DNA from: the human T2T-CHM13v2.0 reference genome, Homo sapiens
Assembly: GCF_009914755.1 (NCBI RefSeq)
Contig: NC_060939.1
Reading direction: 5' to 3' (one strand)
DNA length: 64,000 nt
Below are positions 58,299 to 64,000 of the stretch, in pieces. Numbering within the stretch: position 1 is the first letter of the stretch; every line of letters starts with the position of its first letter. The position numbers and the translations under genes are program-made. The notes below the pieces were generated by a model. That model did no database searches, was not told where the DNA came from, and saw only the letters and a program-made list of their open reading frames with translations.

Positions 58299-58967
58299 AA
58301 CCTATTTATTAAAATAATAGCTGAAAATGGAAGTCTTCCTTGAGGATTTATAGTCAAATTGTCAAAAGTCAAGGACATAGAGAATTCTAAAAAAAACAGC
58401 AAGAGGAAAGTATCAAGTCACATATAAGGGAGCATCTATTAGACTAGCAGCAGATTTCTCAGCAGAAATTTCACAGGCATGGAGAGAATGGGATAATATG
58501 TTCAAAGTACTGAAAGAAAAAACAAATTGGCAGCCAAGAATCTATAAGACTTTATTTGTCCCTCATTTCTGAAGGATAGTTTACAAATTAGCAGCCAAGA
58601 GTCTATACCCAGCAAAACTAACCTTCAGAAATGAGGGACAAATAAAGTCTTTCCCACACAAGCAAAAATAGGAAATTCATCACCACTAGACTGACCCTAC
58701 AAGAAATACTCAAGGGATTCCTGCACCTGGAAGCAAAAAAAACCAATAATCACCATTGTGAAAACACACAGAATTATAATGCTAACAACCTACGTACACC
58801 AACACCGCCATTACCACAAAGCTGTACAATACAGGCCACTGTGATATACAAATGAGAAAAAGAAGAGTCAAATGTTACCACTACAGAAAACTACCAAACC
58901 ACAATGCTAAATGAGAGAAAAAAAGAAAGAAGAATATGCAAAAACAAAACAAAACAAAACAAAAACA

Positions 58968-59271
<304 letters not shown>

Positions 59272-59423
59272 CCAGAAAATAATTATCAAAATGATAAGAG
59301 GAAGTCCTCACCTACTGATATCAATCATGAATATACACCAATGAAATCCCCCTACTTAAAAAGACACAACCTGGCTGAATGGGCCTATTTTAATCTCTTC
59401 TCCCTCTGTAGCTTTTAAATTAC

Positions 59424-59523
59424 TTATGTATTCATTTATTTGTAGAAATGGGATCTCACTATGTTGCCTAGGTTGGTCTTGCACTCCTGCTCAAGCAAAA
59501 CTCCCGGCTCGGCCTCCCAAACA
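59424..59523 (-). mobile_element. FLAM/Alu left-arm fragment
   Basis: 'tgtagaaatgggatctcactatgttgcc...ctcggcctcccaaa'. Confidence 0.7.
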
Positions 59524-59700
59524 CATGACACATCCACCTATATGCTGCTTACAAGAAAATCATTTTACCTCTAAAGACATATATAGACTAAAAGTAAAGG
59601 AACAGAAGAAGATATTTCACTCAACCAGAAACAAAGTAAGCAAGACTAGCTATACCTGTATCAGATAAAACAGATTTTAAGTCAAAAACTGTGAAAAGAG

Positions 59701-60013
<313 letters not shown>

Positions 60014-60800
60014 TCACTATATAGTGATAAAATGTTCCATTCAGCAAAGGGATATAACAATTCTAAATCTATATGCACCGAACACCAGAGCACCCAGATA
60101 CATAAAGCAAATACTATTAGATCTAAAGAGAGAGATCAACTCCAATAAAGTAACGGTTGGAGACTTCAACAGCCCATTCTCAGCACTGGACAGATAATCT
60201 AGACAGAAAATCAAGAAACACTGGATTAGAACTATACTTTAGACCAAATAGATCTAACAGACATTTACAGAACATTTCATCCAACAGCTGTGGCAGAATA
60301 CACATTCTTTTCATTAGCACATGAAACATTCTCCAGGATAGACCACATATTAGGCTATAAAACAATTATCAACAGATGTTCAAAAACAGAGATCATATCA
60401 AGTATCTCTTCTGAACACAACAGAATGAAACTAGAGATCAATCACAAGGGGAACTTTAGAAACTGTACAAACACATAAAAATTAAACAACTTGCTTCTGA
60501 ACAACCAATGAGTCAATGAAGAAATTAAAAATGAAGTTTAAAAGCTCTCTGAAACAACTGAAAATAGAAAAACACAACATACCAAATACTATGGGATACA
60601 GCTAAAGCAATATTAAGACGGAAGTTTATAGCAATAAATGTCTACATAGAAAAAGTAGAAAGATAAACAACCTAACAATGCACCTCAACGAATCAGGAAA
60701 AAGCAAGAACGAACCAAACCCCAAATTAGTAGAAGAAAAGAAATAATGAAGATCGGAGCAGAAATAAACAAAATTGAGACTAAAAAAATACAAAGAATCA

Positions 60801-61168
<368 letters not shown>

Positions 61169-63596
61169 TTAACTAGACAAGGAAAAAATATCCAAATAAA
61201 ATCAGAAACAAAAAAGGAGACGTTATAACTGATACCACAAAAATACAAAGAATCATTAGAAACCATTACAATAAACTATATGCCAATAAATGGGAAAACC
61301 GAATGATAATTAATAAATCCCTGGACACATACAACTTACCAAGATTGAAATAAGAATAGAAAACCTGGACAGATCAATCACAAGTAACAAGATTGAATCA
61401 GTAATTAAAAAAAAGTTTCCCAACAATACTTCCTGATCACCAGGTAAAATAAGTAAGAAAAAAAGAACTAGAACAAGACAAGAATGTCCACTCTCACCAC
61501 TGTTATCAATATAGTAATGGAAGTCTGAGCCAGAGCAATTAGGCAAGAGAAGAAAATAAAGGACATCCAAATTGGAAAGGAGGAAGCCAAACTGTTCCTG
61601 TTTGTAGACAGCATAATCTTATATATATAGACAACCCTTAAAGCTCCACTGAAAACTCTTAGAATTGATAAATGAATTCAGAATAGTTGCAGGATACAAA
61701 ATTAACATTAAAAAACCAGTTGTGTTTCTATATACAAGAAAATAGCAGAAAATCAATCTCATTTATAATAGCTGCAAAAAAAAGAGTAAGTTTAATAAAC
61801 GCAAGGAGGTGAGTTTATTAAATTTCTAGAAGGAAAACTATGAAACACTGATGAAAGAAACTGAACAAGTCAAAAAAAAAAAAAAACACATTTCATGTTC
61901 ATGGACTGGAAGAATTAATACTGTGAAAACGGCCATACTACCAAAAGCAATCTACAGATTCAATGTAATGCCTATCCAAATACCAATGACATTCTTCACA
62001 GATAAAGAGAAAACAATCCTATAAGTCATATGAAACCACAGAAGCCAATAGCCAAAAGAATAAAGCTGGAGGCATCACACCACCTAATTTCAAAATATAC
62101 TACAAAGCTATAGCAACTAAAACAGCATGATACTGACATAAAAACAGACACATTAACCAATGAAACAGAATAGAGAATTCAGAAATAAATCTATATATTT
62201 ACAGCCAATTGATTTTCGAGGTGATTTTTGAACATTCAGTGGGGAAAGGACAGTCTCTTCAATAAGTGGTGATGGGAAAACTGGATACCTATATGCAGAA
62301 AAATGAAACTAGACCCCTATGTCTCACCACATACATAAACCAAATCAAAATGTGATGGAAATTTAAGACCTGAAACGATGAAACTACTAAAAGAAAACAT
62401 TGGGAAAAGATATCAGGACATTGATCTGAGCCAAGATTTTTGAGTAAGACCTCAATACTGCAGACAACAAAAGCAAAAATAGGCAAATAGGGTTACACAC
62501 ACTAAAAAGCTTCTGCACAGAAAAGGAAACAATCAACAGAGTGAAGAGACGATCTGCTGAATGGGAGAAAACATTTTCAAATTATTCATCTGACTAGGGA
62601 CTGATAGAATGTACAAGGAACTCAACTCAACAGCAAAAAACTAAATAATCTCATTAAAAAGTAGACAAATGACCTAAATAAACATTTTTCAAAAGAAGAC
62701 ATATAAATTGCTAACAAGTACATGAAAAAATGTTCAATATCACTAATCATCAGGGAAACACAAATCAAAGCCACAGTGAGATACACCCAGTAAAAATGAC
62801 CATTATCAAAATGATCAAAAAAATAAATAAATAAAGATGCTGGCAAGGATGCAGAGATCAGGAACCATTAGTTTACTGCTGGTGGGAATATAAATTAGTA
62901 TAGCCACTGTGTAAACTGGTATAGAAGTTCCTCTAAAAACTAAAAATAGATCTACTATATGATCCAGCTGGGTATACATCCAAAGAAAAGGAAGTCAGTA
63001 TATAAAAGGGATACCTACAGCCCCGTTTACTGTATCACTATGCACAATAGCCAAGATACAGAATTAGTCTAAGTGTCCACCAAGAGACAAATGGATAAAG
63101 AAAAGGTGGTATATATTTGGTCACAAAGAAGAGCAAAATACTGTCATGTGCAATAACATGAACGGAAATAGAAGTCATCATGTTAAATAAAATAAGCCAG
63201 ACATAGAAAGACAAACAGCACATGTTGTTACTCATATGTGAGAGCAAAGTAAGTTGATCTCATAGAGGTTAGAGAGTAGAATGGTGTTACAAGAGGATGA
63301 GAAGGGTAGTGGAGAGGTGGATAAAGAGAGATTGGTTAATGGGTACAAACACATAGAAGGAATGAGCTCTAGTGTTTGATAGCACAGTAAAGTTACTACA
63401 ATTAGCAATAACTAATTGTAAATTTCAAAATAGAAGATTTAAAATGTTCCCAAGACAAAGAAATGATAAATATCTGAGGAGATAAATATCCTTATTACCT
63501 TGATTTGATCATTAGATATTGTATGCATGTATCAAAATATCACATATACCTCATAAATATGTACAATCATTATGTATCAATTAAAAATGGAATAGG

Positions 63597-63909
<313 letters not shown>

Positions 63910-64000
63910 CTACTAAGCCAAACAGTCAAGAAAAGTGTGCGACATTTTTTTTTTAATAGTCAAAGCATACTACATTCCACATTCTTGCCCTGTTCACCTT

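Overview
Human (or very close great-ape) genomic DNA from the LIPC-ADAM10 convergent locus (15q21.3 by recollection). The + strand holds the last three exons (7-9) and 3' UTR of hepatic lipase (LIPC). The - strand holds the last five exons (12-16) of ADAM10 and a 3' UTR that appears to run about 8.7 kb to a distal AATAAA at 32801-32806. About 19 kb of repeat-dense intergenic DNA separates the two 3' ends. The rest is mostly transposon-derived: about 30 Alu/FLAM copies, a near-full-length old L1MA in ADAM10 intron 11, MER4D-like and MLT1A LTRs, MER1B/MER5/MER58/MER96 DNA transposons, MIR/L2 relics and a retroposed U13 snoRNA copy. I see no new gene system. The best leads are structural: an LTR-donated poly(A) site for LIPC, a ~89%-identical duplication bracketing LIPC exon 7, a duplicated branch-point region with a cryptic AG before ADAM10 exon 14, a read-through frame that would give ADAM10 without its transmembrane helix, and a template-switch scar forming a 36-bp hairpin. 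Repeat subfamily calls are by eye and repeat boundaries are approximate.
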